A DNA stretch of 64,000 nucleotides from Torpedo marmorata (Eukaryota): assembly GCA_977017645.1 (NCBI GenBank), contig OZ360240.1:27900001-27964000 (forward strand), read 5' to 3'. Shown one piece after another: positions 11,401 through 23,930 of this stretch. The notes below the pieces were generated by a model. That model had not been told where the DNA came from, did no database searches, and saw only the letters and a program-made list of their open reading frames with translations. Positions within the stretch are counted from its first letter, which is position 1. Each line of letters starts with the position of its first letter. The translations under genes and the position numbers were made by a program.

Positions 11401-12339
11401 TGGACTGTATCAATGGATGAAAATTCATTAAAATAATTAATACAATTGAGATGATATTAAGTGCCGGGGCAGATTTCATTTCATTTACACAATATGGATG
11501 TCCATGTTTTAATTAATCTTTTTCACAAGATATTGGGATTGTTGCTGTTGATAATTGCTAGAGGATTGGTTTTCATCCAATCACACAAGCATTAGGCCAT
11601 CTGTCTTTCTACCAGATGGTTAAATAGATCAGGATCTCAACAACAACCTTTTACATGAAATATAAGAGCAAGAGTAGGCTACATAGCTCCTTGAGCCAGA
11701 TCCGCCATTTAATAAATCGTGACTGATTCTGACCTTTGACTCAGCCCTATTTTCCTGCTTAATCCCTGGAAACAACATACTGTAGTTCAAAGATCCAACT
11801 CTATCTTCAACATACCAAAAGACTCAATGAATGCATTTAATTTACCCATCTATACAGCACAAACAGAAGCTGAATATTTTATAGGGAGGTGGAGGGTGGG
11901 ATTGAGGATGTTGGTACTCTATCAGCGCTTGAAACTTCAATCCACGGACCCTGCACAGAAGTTTGAAATCAGCCTGAAGCTTGGCCTTCGTCCTTGAACG
12001 TGTTGTTATTTGACAGGCAGCTGTGCACTGAAACAAAATTGAGTTTCTTGCCTTTCCAACAGCAGATTGTAGACATGCCAAGTGTTGCTGCGGTCAATGC
12101 TTTGGGGTTATGGTAAAGTCTGTGGGGTTAGGGACGCATGGCTGCTCTTCTTCGCTGCACAGAAAATTTTGAAAAAAAACGTTATCTAAATTCTATGTGA
12201 ACACCTATTCCATTATTCAGGATGGGGCCCAAAACAGGTCATACGTTCTTTATTCTTTACTTACATATGTAGGAGACCCTATTTATAGGTGGTTGCAGGT
12301 ATGCTTGAAAAATGATCCAGCTCATTTTTTTTCCATACA

Positions 12340-12597
12340 GACGACATGGTTAGCGTAGCGGTTAGTGCAACACTGTTACAGCACCAGCGACCGGGGTTTG
12401 AATCCCGCGCTGTCTGTAAGGAGTTTATACGTTCTCCCCGTGTCTGCGTGGGTTTTGCCGGGGGCTCCGGTTTCCTCCCACCCTTCATAAACGTACGGGG
12501 ATATAGGTCAATTGGGTGTATTTGGGCGGCACAGGTTCGTGGGCCGAAAAGGCCTGTTACCGTGCTGTATGTCTAAATTTTTTTTAAAATTAAAAAA
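12340..12597 (+). mobile_element. V-SINE (HE1-like)
   Basis: Full head, core and tail, matching the other copies. Confidence 0.88.
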
Positions 12598-14656
12598 TTA
12601 AAGAGACTGGTGCATATAGATATGCTCTGAGACCATCAAACAAGGAGGAAATAGGGACAGTGAGGTCTGGTTTTCATCCCGTTACCCTTCCCAAATGAAT
12701 CTTCCCAATGGCCAATACATCTATGGACATGGTGCCATTGCATCATTTCAGAAAAGAAAGAAAATGTTGACAAAGCATGGTCTATTATTTTATAAAGTAA
12801 AGCAGATTCAAAAAGACCACAAAAACCAAGCTGTCTGAACGAGTGCTCTGATTTTAAGCAAAGGTCCTGAGTCAGAGGGAGTTAATAGCACAACTTCCCA
12901 CTAGGCTTTGATGAATGACATCTGGATCTTGTACTCCCCAGTCACATTCGACCTTGGAGCTCGTCAGTGACGGATATGACCAGTCTGTTCTCATCTCAAA
13001 CATTCATACCGCCGGCATTTCTCTCCACTTCACTCCAATATTATCAACATCCATCACCCCTCTCTCAATGTGAATAGCAGCATCATTTACACAGCTTGCA
13101 ATATTCAGCATGCACCACAAATCCATCACCTTAATGGAGTACTAATTCAAATTTAAATGTTTGCGCAGCAGCTGTGGAAGTGGCCTTCGGTAGGTAATTA
13201 TATGATATTGTTTTTCTCCGCTGACAATTGTACCAGAGTCATGTACCTGACCCGTGCCTCCCTTATCTCCTTGCAAAACGTTCGAGCCAGACATTTTTCC
13301 CCACTTTCTCTCCTTAAACCTTGCCTAATTGCATCTGCACTGATCCACTTTACACATTGGTTCATGGGCAAGGCCAATAGTCCAGTTTTCATTGAACACA
13401 TTCTGAAAAAACACCTGCACAAAAAAGGAATCAAATATATGGAGAGTAAGATCAAGAACAGGCCATTCAGCCCTTCTAGCCTGTTCAAGCATTCTCTGAA
13501 GATCATGGATAATCACCACCATTTCCTTTGCATTTTTCTAGACAAATTCCCAATTGTTTGATACTCCTTCTTTATCAAAAATCAATCCTGTTACAAACAT
13601 TTATTAAATGTAATTAAAGGTAAACTCATATTCATATGCAAACTCATCCCTCAGGCCTGCAGAACAAGGGAGATGAGGTAGGGGGAGAACAGGCCAGACT
13701 CAATTTCTGGAATAGAAAGAACTAAAATACATCAGTGTTTTTTTTTGAGGGGGGGGAGTGGGGGGTGGTGTTAAGAATTCCAGATTTCTATTAACCTTTG
13801 GATGAAAGAGTGCTTTCTGATTTTACACTAAATGGACTAGCTCAGACTTTAAGATAATGCTCCTTCGTTCTCCAGCGGGAGATAATATTCCTCTGAATCC
13901 CACTGTTGCTTCAATCATTATAAACAACTCAGCTGCGATATAAACCACAATGATTCAATTTTGCCCTCTTTAAGGTGTGATATCATTGTGACAATCCAGC
14001 ACTGCATTCTGAGGCCAATGTACTTTTTTGGATCCATGGAATAAAGTCCTCCGGAATGGGTCCGTGCAAAGTTCTGCCTAACTGAACTACCACATGAATC
14101 ACTCATTCCATCAGCCTATTGATTTTTTATGTAACAATGCTAGTTTTTAGTGATGTATGTGTTCATAAGTATTCACATACCTTTACTCCTCCACAGTACA
14201 ATTATTCCATTAAACACAAGCCCCAGTTTGCCTTCATCTGGTCCAAACTGAATGACTAGGCACTTCTTTACTTCACTATTCGAGTTTTGTTCTCTCAATC
14301 AGCCATTGAAACATGCTGCTCCCAGTCACATACTATCTCAGTCATACACTTTTGAATTCCTTCACTAAAATTATTACCTATCCAGTGAAAAATGTTGGCC
14401 TCAGTATAGTCCTTTGGAGAAGACCACTTCTCAATTTTTCTGTCTTCATGCCAAATCTCTGCAGAGGAATCTCATCCTTGGTCACACAAACTAAGTGTGA
14501 ATATGGCAGCATAAGCTCATTGAACTGGGTTTCAGAAATTCACTCCCGGTTGACATCAATTATGAAAGTCATGTACATTACACAAATGGCACTAACTGAG
14601 CACATGCAAATGAGAACAATTTTCTGCTCTTTTGTCTCCTACCCCTTTACTGATTA

Positions 14657-15244
14657 CACTTGACAACAAAGATTTTGCTTCCTGAACACTTTTGGGTGTA
14701 TTTAATGGATTTTGGGCTGCTGGTCACGAAAATCATCTGAAAAATTTCCTATCACGTACCGTTTTTTTAGATATAACCTATTTTTCCTGTCATATTTTAA
14801 GTCTATTTCAAGCATACAAAACCATGAAGTGCAACAGGTCATTGAAAATTCATTTTCTGCATTCGCACTCGGACTTCTTCCCTGCTGATCTTGGTGCAGT
14901 CAGTGACGAACGTGGTGAAAGGTTTCACCAGGACATTGCAACAATGGAAAAGCGGTATCAGGGCAATTGGAATCCATCAATGCTGGCTATTGTTGGACAC
15001 TGACATGAGAGGCATCTGATGTTGAGTACAAACGAAAAACAGCGGCAAAATATTTTTAGGTCAGTTGAACTAATGCATGTGATTAAACATGCTAAATTCA
15101 GTAAAATTTAATTTAATGTTTCTCCAACTTCCTACGTGATACAGCAAATCTGAAATTATCTTCGTGTTCAGCTGGAAGTTGTCTATCATAATCCCTAATT
15201 TTCTTTCTGGAAGCAAACCTTTTGAAAAAAACTGTTGTCCAGTG
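14657..15244 (+). mobile_element. Chapaev3-like (CMC) DNA transposon, internally deleted
   Basis: Termini cacttgacaaca / tgttgtccagtg with a 3-bp TTA duplication on both sides. Retains the transposase C-terminus SLKIHFLHSH.DFFPADLGAVSDE.GERFHQDIATMEKRYQG.W. Confidence 0.8.
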
Positions 15245-15292
15245 TTATCTTTCATATCACAGACTGCGTAAGCTTTGCAAATTCAGGTGGAA

Positions 15293-15550
15293 TTTAACTT
15301 AATTTAGACATACAGCACGGTAACAGCCTATTTCGGCCCACGAGTCCATGCCGCCCAATTTACACCCAATTAACCTACACCCCCGGTATATTTTGAATGG
15401 TGGGAGGAAACTGGAACCCCCGGGGGAAAACCCACGCAGACACGGGAGAACGTACAAACTCCTTACAGACAGCGCGGGATTCGAACCCTGGTCCCGACCG
15501 CTGGTGCTGTAAAGGCGTTGCGCTAACCGCTACGCCAACCGTGCCGCCCT
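15293..15550 (-). mobile_element. V-SINE (HE1-like)
   Basis: Full-length copy in reverse orientation, starting gggcggcacggttggcgtagcgg. Confidence 0.88.
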
Positions 15551-16404
15551 TGTGTCATTTGATCACTGTGAACTGATTGCTCATTAACAATGGACAAACT
15601 GTGGAATGTAATGTTTAAAACTCCACTATAAATCCTCGATGTCATGCAACAATATACCTGGGCATTGTCATACTCTTGTCAGCACTACTGAAACAGTTCT
15701 TTGAACAGACCAAAAGATAAACACAGACAGAATAAATCACAAATGACAGAAATGTTGATCAGTACAGTTTTAACATGGATGGTTTGTGTGTGTACTTTTT
15801 GCTTTAAGTGATTTTTTTTCTTCTCTTCATTAAAATAGCATGCACAGAATTAGTTTGAGGGTATTAAGACCTCATGCATGAACTTTGCCAATCAGAAGGT
15901 CTGCTCCACTGTAACTTTTGCTATGCCCTTATTATTCCAGAAATTTATCCTGAGCCCACCCTATATTACACAAGGAATGTTTCTTTCATTTACTCTGCCT
16001 TAACCTACCGTGTGTATGATCTTAATACTGTTTAATTTGACAATTGGCTTATTTTCAACAAAGGATGTCCTGTTGTTAACTCTGCCAAATCTGAGTGATA
16101 GTACTTGCAATAAAAGCAAAAGGAAAATGCAGGCACTACATTGGCAGCGAGGATGAGATGTTGCTTCCTGTGAGAGTAATAAGAGAGAGAAATCTATAAC
16201 AGTGAAACTAGAGTCTGTTTTCTCTGGATAGGAACGGACAACAGGTAGGATGTCAGGAAGTGGAAGAGGGAGACTTGTCAGGAAAATCAAGAAGTATAAG
16301 CATATTGAATCATTTGCATAAATTTATGGTCAGTGTGGAACTGTTCTTTCAGGTGAACAACATTGCAAGTCCTGAGGAAAGACACATTAAGGGGAGTATG
16401 AAGA

Positions 16405-16890
16405 TAAGAGTAAAACACAAAAGTCTGCAGACACCGTGATTGAAGTAAAAACACAATGCTGGTGAAACTCAGCAGGTCAAACAGTGTACTTTATGTAGCA
16501 AAGATAAAGATACATAACCAATGTTTCGGGCTTGAGCCCTTCATCAAGGTATGAGCAAAATGTAGGCAGGCGCCCGAACAAAATAGTGGGGGGGGGGAGG
16601 GGCAGGGGGAGGAGCACGGTTCCAAAGCCAGGAGGTAATAGGTGGATAAGGGAGGGAGGGCACACCTGCAAACAAGGGAAGGGGAGACGGCTCTGTGAAT
16701 GGAGAGGGAAGGGGTGGAGAGCTGGAGGAAAGAAGACAGAGGGATAGGGAAGAGAGGGAGAACGGGGAGTGGTCTAGCAGAAACCAGAGAAGTCAATGTT
16801 AATGGCATCTGGTTGGAGAGTGCCCAGACGGGAAATAAGGCCTTGTTCCTCCAATTTACAGGTGGTCTTGGTTTGATAGTACATGAGGCC
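16405..16890 (-). mobile_element. Penelope-like element 3' part with hammerhead-like motif
   Basis: Encodes KLEEQGLISRLGTLQPDAINIDFS (GIY-YIG C-terminus); contains cttgatgaagggctcaagcccgaaac. Confidence 0.82.
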
Positions 16891-17087
16891 ACTGATGGTA
16901 AACTGCAGCTCTGTGCAAGATGTAGGTGAAGCCATTGGCACCATGAACCACAAGCTCTCTTGCAAGATCATTATACAAACCTTGTTAAGACATTTCAATC
17001 TCACACCATTATGAGTTCTTGAGAGAATTCAAACACAGCTAGTTTATATGGTGGAACTAATATTTGAGGGAACATGCAGGAAAATTT

Positions 17088-17185
17088 TAAATTTAACAAT
17101 ACAGAATGGTAGAAGGCCCTTCAGGCACATGAAACCCATGCAGCCCAATTACACCCAATTAACCTCCGAACCCCGTACGTTTTGA
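17088..17185 (-). mobile_element. V-SINE tail fragment
   Basis: cagcccaattacacccaattaacctc matches the reverse complement of the SINE tail. Confidence 0.65.
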
Positions 17186-17576
17186 ATTGGACATTAAAAT
17201 GTGAGGAAGCTTCCCATGATGGAGCCACCGTCTCCTTCATTAAGGCCTAATCGTGTGACCACTGTAAGTGGGTTCAGAAGACACCAGCAGCCAAGGCCAG
17301 TGTGAAAGGTGAAAAGGCCATATGTCCCATGGATGGGGGTGGCAAACGTTGCCATGGTGAGACACACAGCCCCAGAACATAGATTCATGTTCACCACTGG
17401 ATATATGGCATTTCATAAAAGTGCAACAATTTCAAGGAATGGACTGCCAATTGACAATGTGAATTCTTGTGCCTCGGAATCAGAGAGATGAACTGATGGA
17501 ACAGACCTTCCTGGGAACTGCACTTGATGGAGTCAGAGTGTTTCCTTTTCATCTGAAGAGAGTGATAAAAATAATA

Positions 17577-18231
17577 TAGTACGTTTCTGATTATCCAAAA
17601 TGCTTGGGACCTGACCTATATCGGTTATACGGATTTTTCGGATAATTGAGAAATTTCTTTAAGCAGCCCAGTAGCATCAGCAGAATACTTGTATCGGCTG
17701 TCGCCGATCCCCGACACCTCCCCACCGCCGTCGCCAATCCTGCCCGGGAGCCCGAGGTCCACGCTCCTGCCCGGGAGCCCGAGGTCTCACCTCACCTGTA
17801 TGTGGAGATTGCACGCACAGTCCCAGGGATTGTCCTCCAGCAGAATTTCAGTGACCCCGCTGAAAGGGTATTTGACAGAGAGCGCGGCTCGGGAGAGCAG
17901 GGAGAGAGCGCGGCTTGGCTAGCCGGGAGAGAGCGCGGTATTCAATTCAAATTCTGAGAATGCCACAATGCAATTTATCACAAAGTTGCAGTAACTCATG
18001 GCAAACATGACAATTTATAAATAAATAATCAGTGCTATCCTTTCCTTCAACGTGTAACCTGTGGACAAATGTCTTCTTTGTAAAACTGATTCCCTGTAGC
18101 CCCACTTGAGCACGGTGGGTAAAAACGTTTTTAAACCTTTTTCAACTTGTGACGTCATGTCTCAGCCGAATTTTTTTTCGGATATTCGAGAATTTCGGTA
18201 GAAGGGTTTTCGGATAATCGGAAACGTACTT
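17577..18231. mobile_element. Tigger-like MITE
   Basis: Terminal inverted repeats agtacgtttctgattatccaaaa / ttttcggataatcggaaacgtact; GC-rich interior with a short tandem duplication. Confidence 0.78.
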
Positions 18232-18406
18232 ACATGTAAGGAAGTCATGCCAATGTGAGACACCCACCTGGTCATGGTTGGGAATAGGGTGTGTGGCAGG
18301 AATGAGTAGGTCCAGTTACCTCTGGTATTTTTGGGCTCAGTGTGTGTCATGAAGGGATACTTGTAAGGAGGGCTCAAGAGGCGTCTAAAAACTTTGTTAA
18401 TAGATA

Positions 18407-20055
18407 CAGGTATACCCCGCTTTACGAAAGTAGAGCGTTCCTATGAAACCTTTCGTAAGCCAAAATGGCGTAAAGCGAAGACCCATTCACTACTATTTTT
18501 TTTTGGAATATTTTATTTGTATTTTTTTAAAGCCAAACATATTATCAATAACAAAAGTAATACATCATCAAATATAATATTCATCTGTTGACTATTATAC
18601 TAAAAAAACAACAAAATTACAAACAAAGAAAAACCCACCCACCCAATTCCCCCCTAAAATAAAGAAAGGAGAGAATGGAATAAGAAAAGGTTGAAGTAGA
18701 AAAGGAAAGAAGACGTTGGAGGTTCGTCGCCCACCCCGCAGGCTTAAATTACTTGGCATACTCGGATTTTTAAAGAGGAAATGGACATAGGTCCTGGAGG
18801 CGAGGAGGGGCCTGGTTATAGATTTACAGCCATATATTGTAAATATGGAGTCCAAATCTTTAAAAATATATCATATCTATTTCTAAGATTATAGGTAATC
18901 TTCTCAAGGGGAACACAACTGTACATTTCCTCATTCCATCTTGTTATACCTAGATGGGAATCAGACTTCCATGTGACCGCTATACATTTTCTGGCCACCG
19001 CAATGCGATTTCTACAAATTTTATTTGAAATTTTGATAGTCTCATCTTTGGTCTTATGCCAGAGATATTGCCCAATAGAAACAATTCTGGGCGTTGTGGG
19101 AACTGAATTCCTGTAATTTGTTCTAAGAGTTTCCCTAAATCCGTCCAGAAAGGTTTTACCTTGGGACATGACCAGGTTAAATGTAAAAATGTTCCTATTT
19201 CTTTGCCGCATCTAAAATATTTATCTGATATTTCTGATTTAAATTTATTCAATTTTTGCGGTGTGAGATACAACTGGTGCAAAAAATTATATTGCATCAG
19301 TCTGTATCTCACATTTATTGTGTTTTTCATACTGTCCCGACATAAGTTGGACCAGTTTTGTTCATTAATTATTATATCCAAGTCTGACTCCCATCTCTGT
19401 CTAGATCTATGTAGCCCCCTTGTTTAGGGGTTCCTTTCTGTAGTAAAAGTTAGGCTGCTGAAATAAACTTCTTTGTGATCCCCTTTCGAATCAAAGTCTC
19501 CACTTCACTGCATTCCGGTAGGGTCATTGATGGGCCCAATTTATCCCTTAAGTAAGATCTCAGCTGGAAATAGCATACTTATTTTTTAATTGTTCAAATG
19601 ACATAAGTTGCCCCGTTCATAGCAATCCTCGACACATCTGATCCCTTTTCGGGACCAGGTGTCCAGGATCTTATTATCCATTGTAAAAGGTATACACCTA
19701 TTTTGAGCCAGGGGCATTTTTGGAGATAACCTCCCCTTATTCCCAATCTGATAATTTATTTTATACCAGGTATCAATTATGTGTTTCAACAGGGGGGTTT
19801 CTTTCACACCGGATATTAATTTTTTATCCCATTTGTATATAAAGTCTTCTGCTATCCTCTCTCCCACCTTATGCAGTTCCATCTTTACCCAGGAAGGCTT
19901 GTCTCCCCCTGCGAAGGGGGTGACAAATTTCATTTGGGCTAGGCTATTTTTGTAAAAGCGAAAACCCATTCAAATTTCTTTCGGATAGCGAACACAGGTT
20001 TCTTCGTAAAAGCGAATTTGCGTAAAGCGAGTACTCATAAAGCGGGGTATACCTG
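18407..20055. mobile_element. Tigger-like MITE split by an L1 insertion
   Basis: Terminal inverted repeats caggtataccccgctttacga / tcataaagcggggtatacctg with TA on each side. The L1 fragment lies between the two halves. Confidence 0.8.
18495..19943 (-). mobile_element. 5'-truncated L1/Tx1-like LINE (frameshifted ORF2 end)
   Basis: Encodes INVRYRLMQYNFLHQLYLTP...C...H..WSCPKV..FW (zinc-knuckle region) and CIAVTWKSD...CVPLEKITY. Poly(T) on the plus strand at ~18496-18504. Confidence 0.88.
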
Positions 20056-20074
20056 TACTGGGTGATAAAAGATA

Positions 20075-20620
20075 CAGAAAAAACAGAGTAAATCCTGGAG
20101 GAACTCAGCCAGTCTCGCAGCATCCATAGCAGGTAAAGATTTCAGATTCAGATTTATTGTCAGAGTACATACATGACATCACATACAACCCTGAGATTCT
20201 TTTTCCTAAGGGCGAGGCAGAATTACCACTTATTGGTAGTTCAAAAAAAAACTGTATACAACGTACACATGCAAACAAATAAAGAAATGTAAACAAACTG
20301 ACTGTGCAATACAGAGAGGACAAAAAATATCAATAAAGTGCAAAAGTTAAGAGTCCTTAATTGAGTCCCTGATTGAGTTTGTCGTTGAGGAGTCTGATGG
20401 TGGAGGGGTAGCAGCTGTTCCTGACCTGGTGGTGCGAGTTTTGTGGTAGCAGCGAGAACAGAGCATGAGCTGGGTGGTGTGGATCCTTGATGATTGGTGC
20501 TGCTCTCCGACGGCAGTGTTCCCTGTAGATGTTCTCAATGGAAGGGAGGTATTTATAAAGATATAAGATAATATAAAGATATATTACCGACGTTTCGGGC
20601 CTGAGCTCTTCTTCAAGCAA
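20075..20620 (-). mobile_element. Penelope-like terminal fragment interrupted by a Rex1/Babar-like LINE tail (~20140-20545)
   Basis: ctggaggaactcagccagtctcgcagcatcc...gtaaagat resumes at aaagatatattaccgacgtttcgggcctgag. The insert encodes PIIKDPHHPAHALFSLLP and ends in tctgaa repeats. Confidence 0.72.
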
Positions 20621-20857
20621 AAGTAAAACCCCTGGTATCCAGCATCTATGGGGATTGGACGATGCCGGGTAAGTGAATTTTCCAGAGGCTTGAGACAGCA
20701 TGTTGCGTGATTGGCGAACTAACGGTGAGGCGCGCCAATTTTAAACTTCCGTATTTTTTACCTATTTATTCTTCGCGATTTTTTTGCCGGTTGCTTGAGG
20801 CTGCCGGTTGCTTGAGGCTGCCAGTTGCTTGAATTCTGGATAATAGGGGTTTTACTG
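20621..20857. mobile_element. Tigger/pogo-like MITE
   Basis: Terminal inverted repeats agtaaaacccctggtatcc / ggataataggggttttactg plus TA; internal gccggttgcttgag repeated three times. Confidence 0.8.
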
Positions 20858-22450
20858 TACAAGCAAAAATCAGGCAGGCGTCTCTGAGCTTGAGAACAGC
20901 AGGGAGTGCAGATGGAGAGCAGCGAGAGAGGGACTCTCACAGAACTCCTTTCGAAGAGAGGAGGGGAACTTCTTCGGGGTAGGCATCCCTTGAAGTGATT
21001 TCGCAGTGGAGCAACTGAAGGAGTAAAAGGCACCGAGTGCAGCTCAAACAAGTTGGCTATAGGGACCAGTGAGTCAAAGGCCACAATGCAACTAACAAAG
21101 GAAAGAGACGGAGAATTTGCAAAACAGAATTTCAATGAGTAGAATATGTATTTTAGAAACTACAGGAAACTGGCCGTGAACTTACTGCCTTTGCCTCACT
21201 CACTAATGAGCTCCAGAAATTTCAATCAAGTCATCAGGTGAAGTTGAAAGGCTTAGGAAAGCAGAGAAATGTCAGAATAGTCGTCAAAGGTTCAGGTAGC
21301 ATTTTCAAACAACATGGGGTGATGCAAGAACAAAGCAATGCTTTACAGCAGGAAATTAAATTGATGTCCCTTCAGTTGATGGAGATAGTGAGGGAAGGTT
21401 TCAAGCTGCACTGAAGGTTCAGAGGATGTGCAGAGGAGACTCAGACAATTGTTTGTTTCCCTCAAGGAACTCTTTACAGGTGACATAGGTGTTAGAAATT
21501 CTGGCTCTTAAAATTGGCACAGAATCTCAAGGTGTTATGATTATTGATTTTGAGAGTGAAGTGACTGTAGTATGTGTTGGAACAGAGCCAAGATACAGAA
21601 GTAGAGAGTCATTCCATGTTTATCTGTGTGTGAATTATACCTAAAATGAATGACACTCAAACATGGCAAGATTTATAAGTACCTACCTTAGATGAGATAG
21701 CAAATTATGACACAGATATAACTCTCAAAATCAGTTATGATGGAGTGCCATTGACTAAGGCAGTGGTGAAGAGGCCAATGTGGAGAGCCCAAACAAAAAA
21801 TTCAACAGCACAGGCAGAAACTACAAAATAACATCTCTAATGCTGAGTGCAAGCAGTCAGACTGACATGGATTCCCTGTGTATCTAGATATGATGATAAA
21901 GATATAATTGAAAATGTGGAAGCCAAAGGAAGGCTCCAAGAAGCAGACCGGGAGCACCTGTTGGAATAAGTGCTTCAGAAAAGCTCCATGACCGACACAA
22001 GACTGGTCTCAAACCAACATGGAGAATGGGAATGGAGGCAATGCTGGAAAAAGTACTGGAACAAAGTTTACTCTCTGAAACCAGTGCAAACGAGAATGGC
22101 TGGTGTGAAGAGGAGAGAGACAACGAGAAAATTAATAAAATTAAGTGGAACATCAGGTTAACTGCCATGTACAGGTGATCCTCTGTTGCAGGTGTGCGGG
22201 GCAAGGGGTGGGGGTGGGTGGGGGAGGAGGGGTGTTCCTAGAAAACGGTCCGGGAATCACTAACACGAGGCTACATCATGCGCAAATGCCCAGGAACGTG
22301 CATTGAGAAAAAAAGAAATGTGTTTATTAGTTTACTTTTTCTTCCCACACAGATTTCGTGAGAGTGAGTTTTATTCTATTTCTCAAATTTTTGGGGGGTG
22401 ACTTGTGAATTCTGTGAGGGCAAATTTCTATAACCCAAATGGCCTGAATA

Positions 22451-22665
22451 CAGATAGACCCCTACTTATGAAGTCCCGACATACAAAATTTCGAAGTTAC
22501 GAAGGTTCTGTTCTGGCGGTTTTCGGCGAAATCTCGCGTTTTTTTGACAAATCTCGCGTTTTGTCGGCAAATCTCGCGTTATTTTGCCCGATTTCAACGT
22601 ACGAATATTTCAACTTACGAAGTGAGACCCGGAACGGTACCCCTTCGTAAGTAGGGGTCTACCTG
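22451..22665. mobile_element. Tigger-like MITE
   Basis: Terminal inverted repeats cagatagacccctacttatgaag / cttcgtaagtaggggtctacctg flanked by TA; internal aaatctcgcgtt repeated three times. Confidence 0.82.
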
Positions 22666-23512
22666 TACCTGACTAGTATTAATCAGGGAACCTCGGACTG
22701 TCCCTACTTTGCCAGGAAAAATAGCAATAAGTAAAATTCGGGCTGGCAGTTTCATTCATAAACCGGGCAATGGAAGTTGAAGCTATCTCAACCAGTGGAT
22801 CATGAGTCCTCATGGGTGTGTTGCAGCAGGGTTTTAGTGGGGCAGACCGTAAATAGGTGCCTCAAAAGAGAAGACAATGAATGGATTCAAAGCAAACGTG
22901 AGGTAGATAAAGAAGAAAAGGAGAGAGGCATGGTTTAGAATTTGGAAGAGGAGCGAGTCAGTATACAAATAAAGCAACCAAATAAAGACAGGAGAATACA
23001 GAAAAGACACCAAAGATAGTAGACTGAGGTTATGATATTTAGTAGTGTGTCAAATGCCTTGTGTAACTGTGTCTGCTGGAATCATTTCATTAGAGTTATG
23101 AAACATTTGTGTTGATGTGTATGTAAGCTGCATATTATAGAACGTGTTCAAAGTTTGGGAGAGCATTATAGAGATACTAGACATAACTTTTAATGGAAAC
23201 TAAGAAATCAAGGAGACACAAGAGATTGCAGTGGTAGGAGCAAAAAAATAAACTGTTGGAGGAACTGAGCAGGTTGAGCAGCATCTAGAGAGGAAAATAA
23301 TTAAGAATCAGTCCTGAGACAGGGTCTTGACGGGAAACGACAACAATTCCTTTTCCCCACTGCTTAATCTACTGAGTTCCTCCAGCAGTTTTGTTTTTTT
23401 GACTAAGAGATTTGAATTCAGTTAAACATATGACTTTATATATCTGTAAGCGATTCATTGTATAGTTTCACATATTAAATTATACTATTGGATTACTACC
23501 AGATAGCTGATA

Positions 23513-23930
23513 TAAAAACACAAAATGCTGGAGAAACTCAGCAGGTCAGTGTCCTTTATGTAGCAAAGGTAAAAATACATAACCGACCTTTCGGGCTTGA
23601 GCCCTTCATCAAGGTATGAGAGAATGTCGGCAGGCGTCCGAACAAAAAGATAGGGGGGGAAAGGGGGGGGGGGAGTGGCAAAGGCAGGAGATGATAAGTG
23701 GAGAAGGGAGGGAGGGGACAGCAGCAATCAGGGGGAGGAGGGATGGCTGGGTGGGTAGAGGGGGAAGGGAGGGGAGAACTGGAAAGACTGGAAAGGGGGA
23801 GGGGAAAGAAAAGGCAAGCAAGTTTAGCAGAAAGCAGAGGTCAATGTTAATGCCATCTGGCTGGAGAGTGCCCAGACGGAAAATAAGGAGTTGTTCCTCC
23901 AATCTGCGGGTGGTCAGGGTGGGATAGTAC
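23513..23930 (-). mobile_element. Penelope-like element 3' part with hammerhead-like motif
   Basis: Encodes RRLEEQLLIFRLGTLQPDGINID; contains cttgatgaagggctcaagcccgaaa. Confidence 0.82.

Noticed and set aside
11900-12160. Possible extra minus-strand exon after ttttctgtgcag
   Set aside because: All three frames hit stops within about 21 codons and no extra exon is needed for phase continuity.
13157-13200. QQLWKW peptide similar to BAHCC1 RQLWKW
   Set aside because: Five-residue match on the opposite strand with no extension; likely chance.
20895-22140. Purine-rich stretch that may be decayed LINE 5'/ORF1 sequence
   Set aside because: Too degraded to assign a family or boundaries by eye.
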